Assembly: GCF_009914755.1 (NCBI RefSeq)
Contig: NC_060939.1
DNA: 64,000 nucleotides
Strand: one strand, 5' to 3'
Source: the human T2T-CHM13v2.0 reference genome, Homo sapiens
Of the stretch, positions 16,841 to 29,033 are shown piece after piece. The notes under the pieces were generated by a model. It saw nothing but the letters and a program-made list of their open reading frames with translations. It ran no database searches and had not been told where the DNA came from. Each line of letters starts with the position of its first letter. Positions within the stretch are counted from its first letter, which is position 1. The position numbers and the translations under genes are program-made.

Positions 16841-17272
16841 TGTCAGGCCTCTGAGCCCAAGCTAAGCCATCATATCCCCTGTGACCTGCACGTACCTGCA
16901 CGTACCTGCATGTACACATCCAGATCGCCAGTTCCTGCCTTAACTGATGACATTCCTCCACAAAAGAAGTGAAAATGGCCTGTTCCTGCCTTAACTGATG
17001 ACATTGTCTTGTGAAATTCCTTCTCCTGGCTCATCCTGGCTCAAAAGCTCCCCAACTGAGTACCTTGTGACCCCCACTCTGCCCACCAGAGAACAACCCC
17101 CCTTTGACTGTAATTTTCCTTTACCTACCCAAATCCTATAAAATGGCCCCACCCCATCTCCCTTCGCTGACTCTCTCTTCGGACTCAGCCCGCCTGCACC
17201 CAGGTGAAATAAACAGCCATGTTGCTCACACAAAACCTGTTTGGTGGTCTCTTCACGCTGACGCAAGTGAAA
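16841..17272 (+). promoter_or_regulatory. 5' LTR7 (promoter)
   Basis: Two GTTCCTGCCTTAACTGATGACATT repeats, SOX-type ACAAAAGA (16960-16967), TATA box CCTATAAAA (about 17135) and AATAAA (about 17208). Confidence 0.95.
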
Positions 17273-17274
17273 TT

Positions 17275-17292
17275 TGGTGCCATGACTCGGAT
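17275..17292 (+). other. Primer binding site, tRNA-His
   Basis: TGGTGCCATGACTCGGAT, one mismatch to the HERV-H PBS TGGTGCCGTGACTCGGAT, immediately after the LTR. Confidence 0.9.
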
Positions 17293-17879
17293 CAGGGGAC
17301 CTCCCTTGGGAGATCAATCCCCTGTCCTCCTGCTCTTTGCTCCGTGAGAAAGATCCACCTACAACCTCAGGTCCTCAGATCGACCAGCCCAAGAAACATC
17401 TCACCAATTTCAAATCCGGTAAGCGGCCTCTTTTTACTCTCTTCTCCAACCTCCCTCACTATCCCTCAACCTCTTTCTCCTTTCAATCTTGGTGCCACAC
17501 TTCAATCTCTCCCTTCTCTTAATTTCAATTCCTTTCATTTTCTGGTAGAGACAAAGGAGACAGGTTTTATCCGTGGACCCAAAACTCTGGCACCGGTCAC
17601 AGACCAGGCAAGGCAGCCTTCCCTTGGTGTTTAATCATTGCAGGGACGCCTCTCTGATTATTAATCCAGGTTTCAGAGGTGTCAGACCATGCAGGGACGC
17701 CTGCCTTGGTCTTTCACCCTTAGCGGCAAGTCCCGCTTTTCAAGGGGAGGGGCAAGTACCCCAACCTTCTCTCCGTGTCTCTACCCCTTCTCTGCCTTTC
17801 TGGGGGGCAAGAAACCCCCAACCCCTTCTCCTTCACCTTTAGCGGCAAGTCCCATTTTTCTGGGGGAGGGGCAAGTATG

Positions 17880-18040
17880 CCAACCTTGTATCTCTGCCCC
17901 TCGATTGCTTATTTCCACACCCCGACCTCTTATATCTCTGCACCCCGATCCCTTATTTCCGCGCCCCAACCTCTTATATCTCTGTGCCCCGATCCCTTAT
18001 TTCCACACCCCGGTCTCGTATCTCTGTGCCCCGACCACTT
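17880..18040 (+). repeat. HERV-H leader tandem repeats (about 21-23 bp units)
   Basis: Alternating CTTATTTCC..CCCC and CTTATATCTCTG..CCCCGATC units. Confidence 0.75.
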
Positions 18041-18997
18041 TCCCACTTTTCTGGAGGGTAAGAACCCCCGAACCCCTTCCCTCCATGTCTCTACTCTCTC
18101 TTTTCTCTGGGCTTGCTTCTTTCACTATGGGCAACCTTCCACCCTCCATTCCTCCTTCTTCTCTCTTAGCCTGTGTTCTTAAGAACTTAAAACCTCTTCA
18201 ACTCTCACCTGACCTAAAATCTAAGCGTCTTTTCTTCTGCATTGCCGCTTGACCCCAATACAAACTTGACAGTAGTTCCAAATAGCCAGAAAACGGCACT
18301 TTCAATTTTTCCATCCTGCAAGATCTAAATAATTCTTGTCATAAAATTGGCAAATGGTCTGAGGTGCCTGACGTCCAGGCATTCTTTTACACATCGGTCC
18401 CTTCCTAGTCTCTGTGCCCAATGCAACTCATCCCAAATCTTCCTTCTTTCCCTCCCGCCTATCCCCTCAGTCCCAACCCCAAGCGTCGCTGAGTCTTTCT
18501 AATCTTCCTTTTCTACAGACCCATCTGACCTCTCCCCACCTCCCCAGGCTGCTCCTCGCCAGGCGGAGCTAGGTCCCAATTCTTCCTCAGCCTCCACTCC
18601 TCCACCCTATAATCCTTTTATCACCTCCCCTCCTCACACCTGGTCCGGTTTACAGTTTCATTCCATGAGTAGTCCTCCCCCACCTGCCCAGCAATTTCTT
18701 CTTAAAAAGGTGGCTGAAGCTAAAGGCATAGTCAAGGTTAATGCTCCTTTTTCTTTATCCGACCTCTCCCAAATCAGTTAGCGTTTAGACTCTTTTTCAT
18801 CAAATATAAAAAACCCAGCCCAGTTCATGGCTCATTCGTCAGCAACCCTGAGACGCTTTACAGCCCTACACCCTAGAAGGTCAAAAGGCCGTCTTATTCT
18901 CAATATACATTTTATTACCCAATCTGCTCCCGACATTAAATAAAACTCCTTCTGGCCCTCAAACCCCACAACAGGATTTAATTCACTCGCCTTCAAG

Positions 18998-19324
18998 GTG
19001 TACAATAATAGAAAAAAGTTGCAATTCCTTGCCTCCACTGTGAGACAAACCCCAGACACATCTCCAGCACACAAGAACTTCCAAACACCTGAACCGCAGT
19101 GGCCAGGTGTTCCTCCAGAACCTCCTCCCCCAGGAGCTTGCTACAAGTGCCAGAAATCTGACCACCAGGCCAAGGAATGCCTGCAGCCCAGGATTCCTCC
19201 TAAGCCGTGTCCCGTCTGTGCGGGACCCCACTGGAAATCAGACTGTTCAACTCACCTGGTGGCCACTCCCAGAGCCCCTGGAACTCTGGCCCAGGGCTCT
19301 CTGACTGACTCCTTCTCGGCTTAG
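18998..19324 (+). pseudogene. HERV-H gag C-terminal remnant (nucleocapsid)
   Basis: Two CCHC knuckles, CYKCQKSDHQAKEC and CPVCAGPHWKSDC. Upstream gag is broken by stops. Confidence 0.9.
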
Positions 19325-19404
19325 CGCCTGAAGACTGACACTGCCCGATCGCCTCAGAAGCCCTGTAGACCATCACGGACACCGAACTTTAAGTAACTCT
19401 CACA

Positions 19405-19764
19405 GTGGAGGGTAAGTCCATCCCCTTCTTGATCAATACAGAGGCTACCCACTCCACATTACCTTCTTTTCAAGGGCCTGTTTCCCTTGTCTCCATAACT
19501 GTTCTGGGTATTGACAGCCAGGTTTCTAAACCTCTTAAAACTCCCCAACTCTGGTGCCAACTTAGACAATACTCTTTTATGCACTCTTTTTTAGTTATCC
19601 CCACCTGCCGAGTTCCCTTATTAGGCCGAGATATTTTAACCAAATTATCTGCTTCCCTGACTATTCCTGGACTACAGCCACATCTCATTGCTGCCCTTCT
19701 CCCCAACCCAAAGCCTCCTTCGTGTCTTCCTCTGGTATCCCCCTACCCTAACCCACAAGTATAG
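19405..19764 (+). pseudogene. HERV-H protease remnant
   Basis: FLINTEATHS (catalytic DTG degenerated to NTE) and PLLGRDIL; ends at an in-frame TAG. Confidence 0.85.
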
Positions 19765-19797
19765 GACATCTCTACTCCTTCCCTGGCAACCAATCAC

Positions 19798-20511
19798 ATG
19801 CCCATTACCACCCCATTAAAACCTAATCACCCTTACCCCGCTCAACGCCAATATCCCATCCCACAGCATGCTTTAAAAGGATTAAAGCCTGTTATCACTT
19901 GCCTGCTACAGCATGGGCTTCTAAAACTTATAAACTCTCCTTACAATTCCCCCATTTTACCTGTCCAAAAACCAGACAAGTCTTACAGATTAGTTCAGGA
20001 TCTGCGCCTTATCAACCAAATTGTTTTGCCTATCCACCCTGTGGTGCCCAACCCGTACACTCTTTCGTCCTCAATACCTTCCTCCACAACTCACTATTCT
20101 GTTCTTGATCTTAAAGATGCTTTTTTCACTATTCCCCTGCACCCCTTGTCCCAGCCTCTCTTTGCTTTCACCTGGACTGACCCTGACACCCATCAGTCCC
20201 AGCAGCTTACCTGGGCTGTGCTGCCGCAAGGTTTCAGGGACAGCCCTCATTACTTCAGCCAAGCTCTTTCTCATGATTTACTTTCTTTCCACCCCTCCGC
20301 TTCTCACCTTATTCAATATATTGATGACCTTCTTCTTTGTAGCCCCTCCTTTGAATCTTCTCAACAAGACACACTTCTGCTCCTTCAGCATTTATTCTCC
20401 AAAGGATATCAGGTATCCCCCTCCAAAGCTCAAATTTCTTCTCCATCCGTTACCTACCTCGGCATAATTCTTCATAAAAACACACTTGTTCTCCCTGCCG
20501 ATCGTGTCTGA
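19798..20511 (+). pseudogene. HERV-H reverse transcriptase remnant
   Basis: YRLVQDLR, LDLKDAFF, LPQGFRDSP and YIDD motifs; premature TGA. Confidence 0.93.
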
Positions 20512-20568
20512 CTGATCTCTCAAACCCCAACCCCTTCTACAAAACAACAACTCCTTTCCTTCCTGGGC

Positions 20569-21732
20569 ATGGTTAGATACTTTCGCCTTTGGATACGTGG
20601 TTTCGCCATCCTAACAAAACCATTATATAAACTCACAAAAGGAAACCTAGCTGACCGCATAGATCCTAAATCCTTTCCCGACTCCTCTTTCCGTTCCTTG
20701 AAGACAGCTTTAGAGACTGCCCCCACTCTAGCTCTCCCTGACTCATCCCAACCCTTTTCATTACACACAGCCGAAGTGCAGGGCTGTGTAGTCAGAATTC
20801 TTACACAAGGACCAGGATCGCGTCCTGTAGCCTTTTTGTTCAAACAACTTGACCTTACTGTTTTAGGCTGGATGTCTCCGTGCAGCTGCTGCTGCCACCC
20901 TAATATTTTAGAGGCCCTCAAAATCACAAACTATGATCAACTCACTCTCTACAGCTCTCATAATTTCCAAAATCTATTTTCTTCCTCACACCTGACACAT
21001 ATACTTTCTGCTCCCCGGCTCCTTCAGCTATTCTCACTCTTTGTTGAGTCTCCCACAATTACCATTGTTCCTGGCCCGGACTTCAATCCGGCCTCCCACA
21101 GTATTCCGGATACCACACCTGACTCTCATGACTGCATCTCTCTGATCCACCTGACATTCACCCCATTTCCCCACATTTCCTTCTTCCCTGTGTCTCAACC
21201 TGATCACATTTGGTTTATTGATGGCAGTTCCACCAGGCTTAATCGCCACTCACCAGCAAAGGCAGGCTATGCTATAGTATCTTCCACATCTATCATTGAG
21301 GCTACCGCTCTGCCCCCCTCCACTACTTCTCAGCAAGCCGAACTAGTTGCCTTAACTCAAGCCCTCACTCTTGCAAAAGGACTAAGCGTCAATATCTATA
21401 CTGATTCTAAATATGCCTTTCATATTCTGCACCACCATGCGGTCATATGGGCTGAAAGAGGTTTTCTCACTACACAAGCGTCCTCCATCATTAATGCCTC
21501 TTTAATAAAAACTCTACCCAAGGCCGCTTTACTTCCAAAGGAAGCTGGGGTCATTCACTGCAAGGGGCATCAAAAGGCATCAGATCCCGTTGCTTTAGGC
21601 AATGCTTATGCTGATAAGGTGGCTAGACAAGCAGCTAGCTCTCAAACTTCTGTCCCTCACGGCCAGTTTTTCTCCTTCATGTCGGTAACTCCCATCTACT
21701 CCCGCTTCCCACATGAGGCAAATGGTTCTTAG
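20569..21732 (+). pseudogene. HERV-H RT connection + RNase H remnant
   Basis: FIDGSS, QQAEL, YTDSKY, HCKGHQ and GNAYAD RNase H motifs; same frame as the RT ORF. Confidence 0.9.
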
Positions 21733-21739
21733 ACTGAGG

Positions 21740-22500
21740 AAAATACCTCCTTCCAGCCTCACAGGCCCATTCTATTCTGTCGTCATTTCATAACCTCTTC
21801 CATGTAGGTTACAAGCTGCTAGCCCGTCTCTTGGAACCTCTCATTTCCTTTCCATCATGGAAATCTATCCTCAAGGAAATAACTTCTCAGTGTTCCATCT
21901 GCTATTCTACTACTCCTCAGGGATTATTCAGGCCCCCTTGCTTCCCTACACATCAAGCTCGAGGATTTGCCCCCACCCAGGACTGGCAAATTAGCTTTAC
22001 TCAACATGCCCCAAGTCAGGAAACTAAAATACCTCTTAGTCTAGGTAGACACTTTCACTGGATAGGTAGAGGCCTTTCTTATAGGGTCTGAGAAGGCCAC
22101 CACAGTCATTTCTTCCCTTCTGTCAGACATAATTCCTCAGTTTAGCCTTTCCATCTCTATACAGTCTGATAACAGACCAGCCTTTATTAGTCAAATCAGC
22201 CAAGCAGTTTTTCAGGCTCTTGGTATTCAGTGAAACCTTTATATCCCTCACAGTCCTCAGTCTTCAGGAAAAGTAGAACGGACTAAAGGTCTTTTAAAAA
22301 CACACCTCACCAAGCTCAGCCACCAACTTGAAAAGGACTGGACAATACTTTTACCACTTTCGCTTCTCAGAATTCAGGCCTGTCCTCAGAATGCTACGAA
22401 GTACAGCCCATTTGAGCTCCTGCATAGATGCTCGTTTTTATTAGGCCCCAGTCTCATTCCAGACACCAGACCAACTTAGACTGTGCCCCAAAAAAACTTG
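21740..22500 (+). pseudogene. HERV-H integrase remnant (frameshifts, stops)
   Basis: CSIC zinc finger, DWQISFT, VDTFTG and QSDN motifs spread across broken frames. Confidence 0.8.
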
Positions 22501-23066
22501 TCATCCCTACTATCTTCTGTCTAGTCATACTCCTATTCACCGTTCTCAACTACTCATACATGCTCTGCTCTTGTTTACACTGCCGGTTTACACTGTTTCT
22601 CCAAGCCATCACAGCTGATATCTCCTCATGCTATCCCCACACTGCCACTCTTAACTCTTGAAGTAAATAAATAATCTTTGCTGGCAGGACTATGCTGAAT
22701 CTCCTTAGGCATTCTCTAATCAGATGTCCTGAGTCATCCCAATTCTTAGACCTTTTATACCTGTTTTTCTCCTTCTCTTATTCCATTTAGTTTTTCAATT
22801 CATAGAAAACTGTATCCAGGCCATCACCAATAATTCTAAATGACAAATGTTCCTTCTAACAACCCCACAATGTCACCCCTCACCACAAAATCTTCCTTCA
22901 GCTTAATCTCTCCCACTCTAGGTTCCCACGCCGCCCCTAATCCCGCTCGAAGCAGCCCTGAGAAACATCGCCCATTATCTCTCCATACCACCCCCAAAAA
23001 TTTTCACCGTCCCAACACTTTACCACTATTTCGTTTTATTTTTCTTATTAATAAAGAAGACAGGAA

Positions 23067-23489
23067 TGTCAGGCCTCTGAGCCCAAGCTAAGCCATCATA
23101 TCCCCTGTGACCTGCACGTAGCTGCACGTACACATCCAGATCGCCAGTTCCTGCCTTAACTGATGACATTCCTCCACAAAAGAAGTGAAAATGGCCTGTT
23201 CCTGCCTTAACTGATGACATTGTCTTGTGAAATTCCTTCTCCTGGCTCATCCTGGCTCAAAAGCTCCCCCACTGAGTACCTTGTGACCCCCACTCTGCCC
23301 ACCAGAGAACAACCCCCCTTTGACTGTAATTTTCCTTTACCTACCCAAATCCTATAAAACGGCCCCACCCCTATCTCCCTTCGCTGACTCTCTCTTTGGA
23401 CTCAGCCCGCCTGCACCCAGGTGAAATAAACAGCCATATTGCTCACACGAAGCCTGTTTGGTGGTCTCTTCACACGGACGTGAGTGAAA
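23067..23489 (+). promoter_or_regulatory. 3' LTR7
   Basis: Near-identical to the 5' LTR and preceded by the PPT AAAGAAGACAGGAA. Confidence 0.95.
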
Positions 23490-23518
23490 ATTTTAACTTG
23501 GGCTATTCCTATCCCCTC

Positions 23519-24558
23519 TGATATGGTAATACAGGAGTTACTAAGAAATTATTCTAGTCAGTTAGAGCAGGTAAAAGAGTTCTCAGTGGAATTTTCCTTT
23601 AATAAAAAGCAGCCCCCAAACCACTTCTTCACTAACAGAAAGCAGCCTGAAAAATCAAGCTTCAGGCATAGATATGCAAGCTAGGTGCTTGCATATGTAA
23701 ATGCCAGCAGGTGTATCTGGAAGCCAGGTACATTCAATATGGTGATTCCCGCTCCCTTTTCTTTGTCACCATATGTGCGGGTTTCATGGCATCAGCCAGG
23801 TAAAGCCACGTGTGCAGGTGTCACGGCGACAGCCAGGTAGAAGTCACATTTGCATAATAAACGATTAGGGTGGGAGGGCCAGTTTCTCCGTAGGCTATGT
23901 AAATGACACACCTAGTCAAACCAATCCCCTGGGCCCTATGTAACTCGATCACTGCCTCCTCAAGCCTCTCTACAAAATCAATCACGTTCCACCCCAAACC
24001 TGGAAACCCTCTCTTGGGTGACCTGCTTTCTCCAAATGAGAAATCTTTCTCTCCCTTTCCTCTTCTTTGTCTATTAGACTTTGCAGTGCTAAACCCACTC
24101 CTTGTGTGTGACTGTGTCCTTACTTTTCTTGGTGTGAGACAATGAACCCCAGGTATTTACTCCAGACAATGGAGCTGTTTCAACGGTTTCGCTGTGTCCC
24201 CACCCAAATATCATCTTGAATTGTAATCACCATAATCCCCACGTGTGTAGGGAGAGAGCTGGTGGGAGGTGACTGGATCATGGGGGATGGTCTCCCATGC
24301 TGTTCTCATGATAGTGAGTGAGTTCTCACAAAATCTGATGGTTTCATAAGGGGCTCTTCCTCCTTCACTCCTCACTCTGTCTCTTGCCTGCCACCATGTG
24401 AAGAAGGTGCCTGCTTCCTTGCTTCCCCTTCTGCCATGATTGGGTTTCCTGAGGCCTCCCTAGCCATGTGGAACTGTGAGTTAATTAAACCTCCTTCCTT
24501 TATAAATTACTCAGTCTCGGGTAGTATCTTTATAACAGTGTGAGAATGGACTCATACA
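23519..24558 (+). mobile_element. THE1/MST MaLR LTR split by an ERV1 LTR
   Basis: TGATATGG at 23519-23526 resumes as TTTCGCTGTGTCCCCACCCAAAT at 24187 and ends GACTCATACA. TSD CCCTC (23514-23518, 24559-24563). Confidence 0.85.
23527..24182 (+). mobile_element. ERV1 solo LTR (LTR9-like)
   Basis: T(A)ATACAGGAGTT..AAGAAATTATT start and GCTGTTTCA end; 4-bp TSD ATGG/ACGG. Subfamily name uncertain. Confidence 0.7.
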
Positions 24559-24747
24559 CCCTCCTCCGCAGCTCTGCAGTCTCCTTAAAAACTAACAGCC
24601 TGGCAGCCTCTGGAGGGGGAGGGGGACGGCACAAGGGGTTTGGTGCTCTCTCAAAACACCGTTCTCAGATCATGGTCATTCTTTGACTTATCAGGAAGTT
24701 CTCTGGGAACCTCCATTCACAGGGCTTTTAAACATTTTACCTGGCTC

Positions 24748-25300
24748 TGATGCCAGTGGGCTGAGGGAGGCCCACAAAAGCAGGTGGGACCTTGACCCCA
24801 GCAGTGTCCAGAATGTTGACATCATCATGAGAAGGAATTCAAGGATGAGTCAGAAAACAGGGAAAGCGTGGAGATTTATTATAAAGGGAAAACTCAAAAA
24901 AAGGGGAGTGTGCATACTCAAGAGAGAGTCTTACAATGGGGTTTGTGGTTTCTATCTTCAGGGGTTTCTTTCACCAAAGGGGTGGAATATTCATGAAGAT
25001 TCCTGGAAAAAAGTAGAGATTTCTTGGAACTCTGGTGCCACTCATTTTTACACCAAATACAGGTATTCCCGTAACTGTTATGGTACTGATGGGCATGTGA
25101 TTGAGTATGTTAATGAGCATACAATGAATTCCTAGGAGAAACCTAGGTCAAATCCAGTGCCATGTTGGGTCCAGTTAGTCTTAGCCAGCTTGGTTCACAA
25201 CCCTGCAGCTATTCTGACAGTTACCTTTTGCTTAGCCATGCGAAACTACTGCCTGGAATTTTCTGTTCTCTTGTGACCACCCTGTGTTATTCCTGTCTCA
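24748..25300 (-). mobile_element. ERV1 solo LTR (MER61-like)
   Basis: Reverse complement begins TGAGACAGGAATAACACAGGGTGGTCACAAGAGAACAGAAAATTCCAGGCAG; TSD GCTC/ACTC. Subfamily name uncertain. Confidence 0.65.
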
Positions 25301-25334
25301 ACTCAGTTTCCATCAATTCCTGAGGCATTTGTCA

Positions 25335-25490
<156 letters not shown>

Positions 25491-25601
25491 TCAGGGATGA
25501 TTGTTTAATATTGCAGTTGCCTGAGCCAGTGACAACAGTTGAGACCAACTCAAAAGCTGACCAAAAATCTTAAAGGAAAATTTGGGGAATGAGATATGAA
25601 A

Positions 25602-26036
25602 TGTGAAAGGAAAGTAAAAACTTGGGACCCTACTTTACTCTGCCAAAAGGAAAAAATTAATCTGAAAGCTGAGTCATGCAAGAAGCTGCCTTTTCTTTTG
25701 TTCCTAAGCAGATAGCTACAGATAAAAGGTCAAATATCTTCACAGGTAGCTACTCTATGTTCACGTTATCTTATATAATGTGCTGATTTACTGAGAGTGA
25801 GAGGAATATATAATTGACTCTTCCCCTACTGCTCGTTTTCCCTTGCAACATGTGGATGACCATGCCTTCCCTCTTTCCCCTCCAGTCCACTCTGCCCCTT
25901 TAAATATTGAAGTGCTCAAATTCATCTTTGGAGAAAGGCACAGACCACAGACTGTTTCTGTGATTCTGTGTTTTTTTCTTCCAGGGAAGTCCTTAAACTT
26001 GGCCAAATAAATGTCTAAATTGATCAAGACCTGTCT
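25602..26036 (+). mobile_element. MER4-group ERV1 solo LTR
   Basis: TGTGAAAGGAAA..CTTGGGACCC..GCTGAGTCATGCAAGAAGCTGCC start; GACCTGTCTCAGATACTTTTTG end. Confidence 0.75.
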
Positions 26037-26675
26037 CAGATACTTTTTGCTTTACCCCATTGAGGGCTTTGAAAAGTTTCAATATATTCCTGAGAATCTG
26101 GACTGCTCTGCACACCCGTGTGAGATATTCTCCTTTATTTAAAGTGAGCTGATTATGAACAGCAATCACATCCACAAAATACCTTCATGGCAACACCTAG
26201 TGTTTGAATGAGTAACTGGGGACCAGAGACTAGTCAAGTTGACACATAAAACTGATCATCACAAGAGAGAACAGAGCTATATAGGAACAAAATGTTTATA
26301 TAGTATTGAAATTGATATTAATCATCCTTGGGGCAGAGCTCAGCATACCTCCCACCATCCCACTGGTATGCCCCAAAGCCCACTCATGACTATACATGTG
26401 AAAGTATTGAGAGATAAATGGGCATGATATATGCAACCTATTCTCCCAAGGTTCCAGGAAAATAATTATGTAAACATATACACAGAGAATGATAAAGCAA
26501 ATGTGACAAAATATAAAGCATTGTTAAATCTGGCTAATAGGTACATAAGAATTCCTTATGCATCCTTGCAACTTTTCTGTGAGTTTGAAATTATTTCAGA
26601 ATAAAACTTTTTAGAAAATGTCCACAAAAAGCTTTGTAGAAGAACATTAATATCACCTTCATTAAAAATAGCCAA

Positions 26676-26993
26676 GGCTGGGTACAGCGGCTCATGCTTA
26701 TAACGCCAGCTCTTTGGGAGGCCAGGAGTTCAGGAACAGCCTGGGCAACGTGGCAAGAACCTGTCTCTACAAAAACAAAACAAAACAAACAAACCAACAA
26801 AAAAACCCCACACACAAAAATTAGTGGGGTATGGTGGCATGTGCCTGTATTTGCAGCTACTTGGAAGGCTGAGGCAGGAGGATCACGTTAGCCCAGGAGG
26901 TCCAGGTTGCAGTGAGCGGTGATTATGCCGCTGCACTCCAGCCTGGGTGACACAAGGAGACCCTATCTCAAAATAAATAAATAAATAAATAAA
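26676..26993 (+). mobile_element. AluJ
   Basis: Dimeric Alu with an (AAAT)n tail. Confidence 0.85.
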
Positions 26994-27038
26994 AATTTAA
27001 AAAGGGAGATCAGTCTTACCCCTATATTTAAAAAATGA

Positions 27039-27363
<325 letters not shown>

Positions 27364-27579
27364 ACAAAAATAGTTTTTTTAACTGGAAAAAATCTGCATT
27401 TTAAGATATTTGCTGAGCCTGTAATCCCAGCTACTAGGGAGGCTGAAGCCCAGGAGGATCGCTTGAGCCTAGGAGTTTGACGCTAGCCTGGGTAACGTGG
27501 CAAGACCCTGTCTCTAAATCAATCAATCAATCTGTCTATCTATCATCTATCTAATTTGCTGATAATAAATATAGCTAAG

Positions 27580-27805
27580 ATTTATGGAGGATTTATATGC
27601 CGGACACTGGGCTAAGCTTTACCTACTTCTAGTGTCTAATCCTCACAACCACGCTATAATGTAGATACTTATGCCTATTTTACAGATGAGGAAACAGACT
27701 GAGGGAAGTTAAGTAATTTGCCTAAGGTCTCACAATTAGTAATCAGCACAGCAGGAAAGCCAAACTGTGTTTCCCGAGCCAGGCCTCTTGATCGGTTACT
27801 ACATT
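27580..27805 (-). mobile_element. MIR
   Basis: MIR core ATTTTACAGATGAGGAAACAGACT..GTTAAGTAATTTGCCTAAGGTC. A similar MIR lies at about 590-820. Confidence 0.7.
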
Positions 27806-28210
27806 GTATTAAAGAGGACCTTAATTTCCCTGCCCCCCAGCTTCTGACACACACAACTGCCTACACAAGTTATTTTACTGGAGAGGGCTTTTAAGGACCA
27901 TCCTCTCTAATAATAATTTTTACTTCTTCTGAGAGTCAATCAGGTTAATATAAATGGCTAATCTCTAGAAATAGAATGTTCCACTTTCATTTAAAAGCAT
28001 TATTTTGCTCCACTAGAGAACATCTCTTTATTTCCCTGCATTAATCTTTCTTTGACCATGGCACTGGCTTTTGTTTTCAAGCGTGTTGTCCTCTCCGTTT
28101 CACCCTTCCTCCAAAGAAACTCGATGAGCTACTTGCTTAGGATTTCAGGTAGAATAAAAACAAAAGAAGGCAAGGATTGTCTAAATTTAAAGTGCTGGAA
28201 AATCCAACAT

Positions 28211-28216
28211 TTTATT
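28211..28216 (-). terminator. Candidate distal poly(A) signal
   Basis: Minus-strand AATAAA with UGUA motifs just upstream and a U-rich UUCUUUUGUUUUU element downstream (about 28155-28168). Confidence 0.6.
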
Positions 28217-29027
28217 TACTACATTTTGGTGACTACATAAATGCTGAAACATTTTAACACTGAAAAGCATGATGGCATCATCACTTGCTTTTTTTTTTTT
28301 TTTTTTTCTTTTTTGCTTAGCAAACACAGCAGATGATATTGCACGGCATAAAGTGAGAACAGTAGCGAAGCTTAAAATAAATGAAAGAAACCTTAATGCA
28401 GTACAGGAGATACTCAGAAACAAACCAGAATAATGCCTAATGCATTACACGTTTTTGTTGCTACACACAAAAATACAGAAGCAGCATCGGACAGAGAGAA
28501 AGAGAGAGAGACAAAATATTAGCAAACAACCATAACTGGGTACAATAATCATTTAGTCTGAAATGTAGATGCAACGTAGAAACTACCACTGTTTTCTAAT
28601 TGACAAAGAAAATGACAGCAACATTTGTCTTTTATCAAAAAATCTTCTAAGCCCCTCATGGTTAGGGTTTTAATTAACTATTTAATTATGTATTTACCCT
28701 TTTTTTTTGTCTTTTTTTCATTGCTAAGGAAGAACTCCCTCTGCTCTTGGAAGATTTTCTACTCTACTGATCTTATTTTATTTTATTTTATTTTTACCTG
28801 ATGATTGTCTTAGGCACCCTCCTTACATAATAAACCATCAAGCTAACTTGAACAGGGAAACTGAGTCACACTCAAACAATAGCTAAGGTCAAAAGTGTAG
28901 TGAAAGTAGAAAAAGTGGGGAAGGGATAGGTCTAAGTGAGTGACAGATGGGCTGATTCAGACAGGGCAATAAGCACAGGGAGATATGAAGACAACTACCA
29001 AAGCAAGTGGAAGACAAGGTTTTCAAC

Positions 29028-29033
29028 TTTATT
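29028..29033 (-). terminator. Candidate poly(A) signal
   Basis: Minus-strand AATAAA followed by GU-rich CUUGUCUU..CUUGCUUUGGUAGUUGUCUU. Confidence 0.55.

Larger units (their letters stand above)
16841..23489 (+). mobile_element. HERV-H provirus (LTR7-HERVH-int-LTR7), env largely deleted, about 6.65 kb
   Basis: Two LTRs TGTCAGGCCTCTGAGCCCAAGC...TGAAA, tRNA-His PBS, gag zinc knuckles, pro/RT/RNaseH/IN remnants and a PPT. 5-bp TSD ATTTT (16836-16840, 23490-23494). Confidence 0.97.

Noticed and set aside
17880-18040. Periodic repeats superficially like a CRISPR array
   Set aside because: No unique spacers, eukaryotic context, and a known HERV-H leader repeat.
17104-18252. 176- and 187-aa ORFs
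   Set aside because: Open frames across the C-rich HERV-H LTR/leader, not independent genes.
22500-23066. Possible env gene
   Set aside because: Only a short remnant with no SU/TM ORF.
24683-25135. 150-aa ORF
   Set aside because: Spans an L1/solo-LTR junction; no coding motif.
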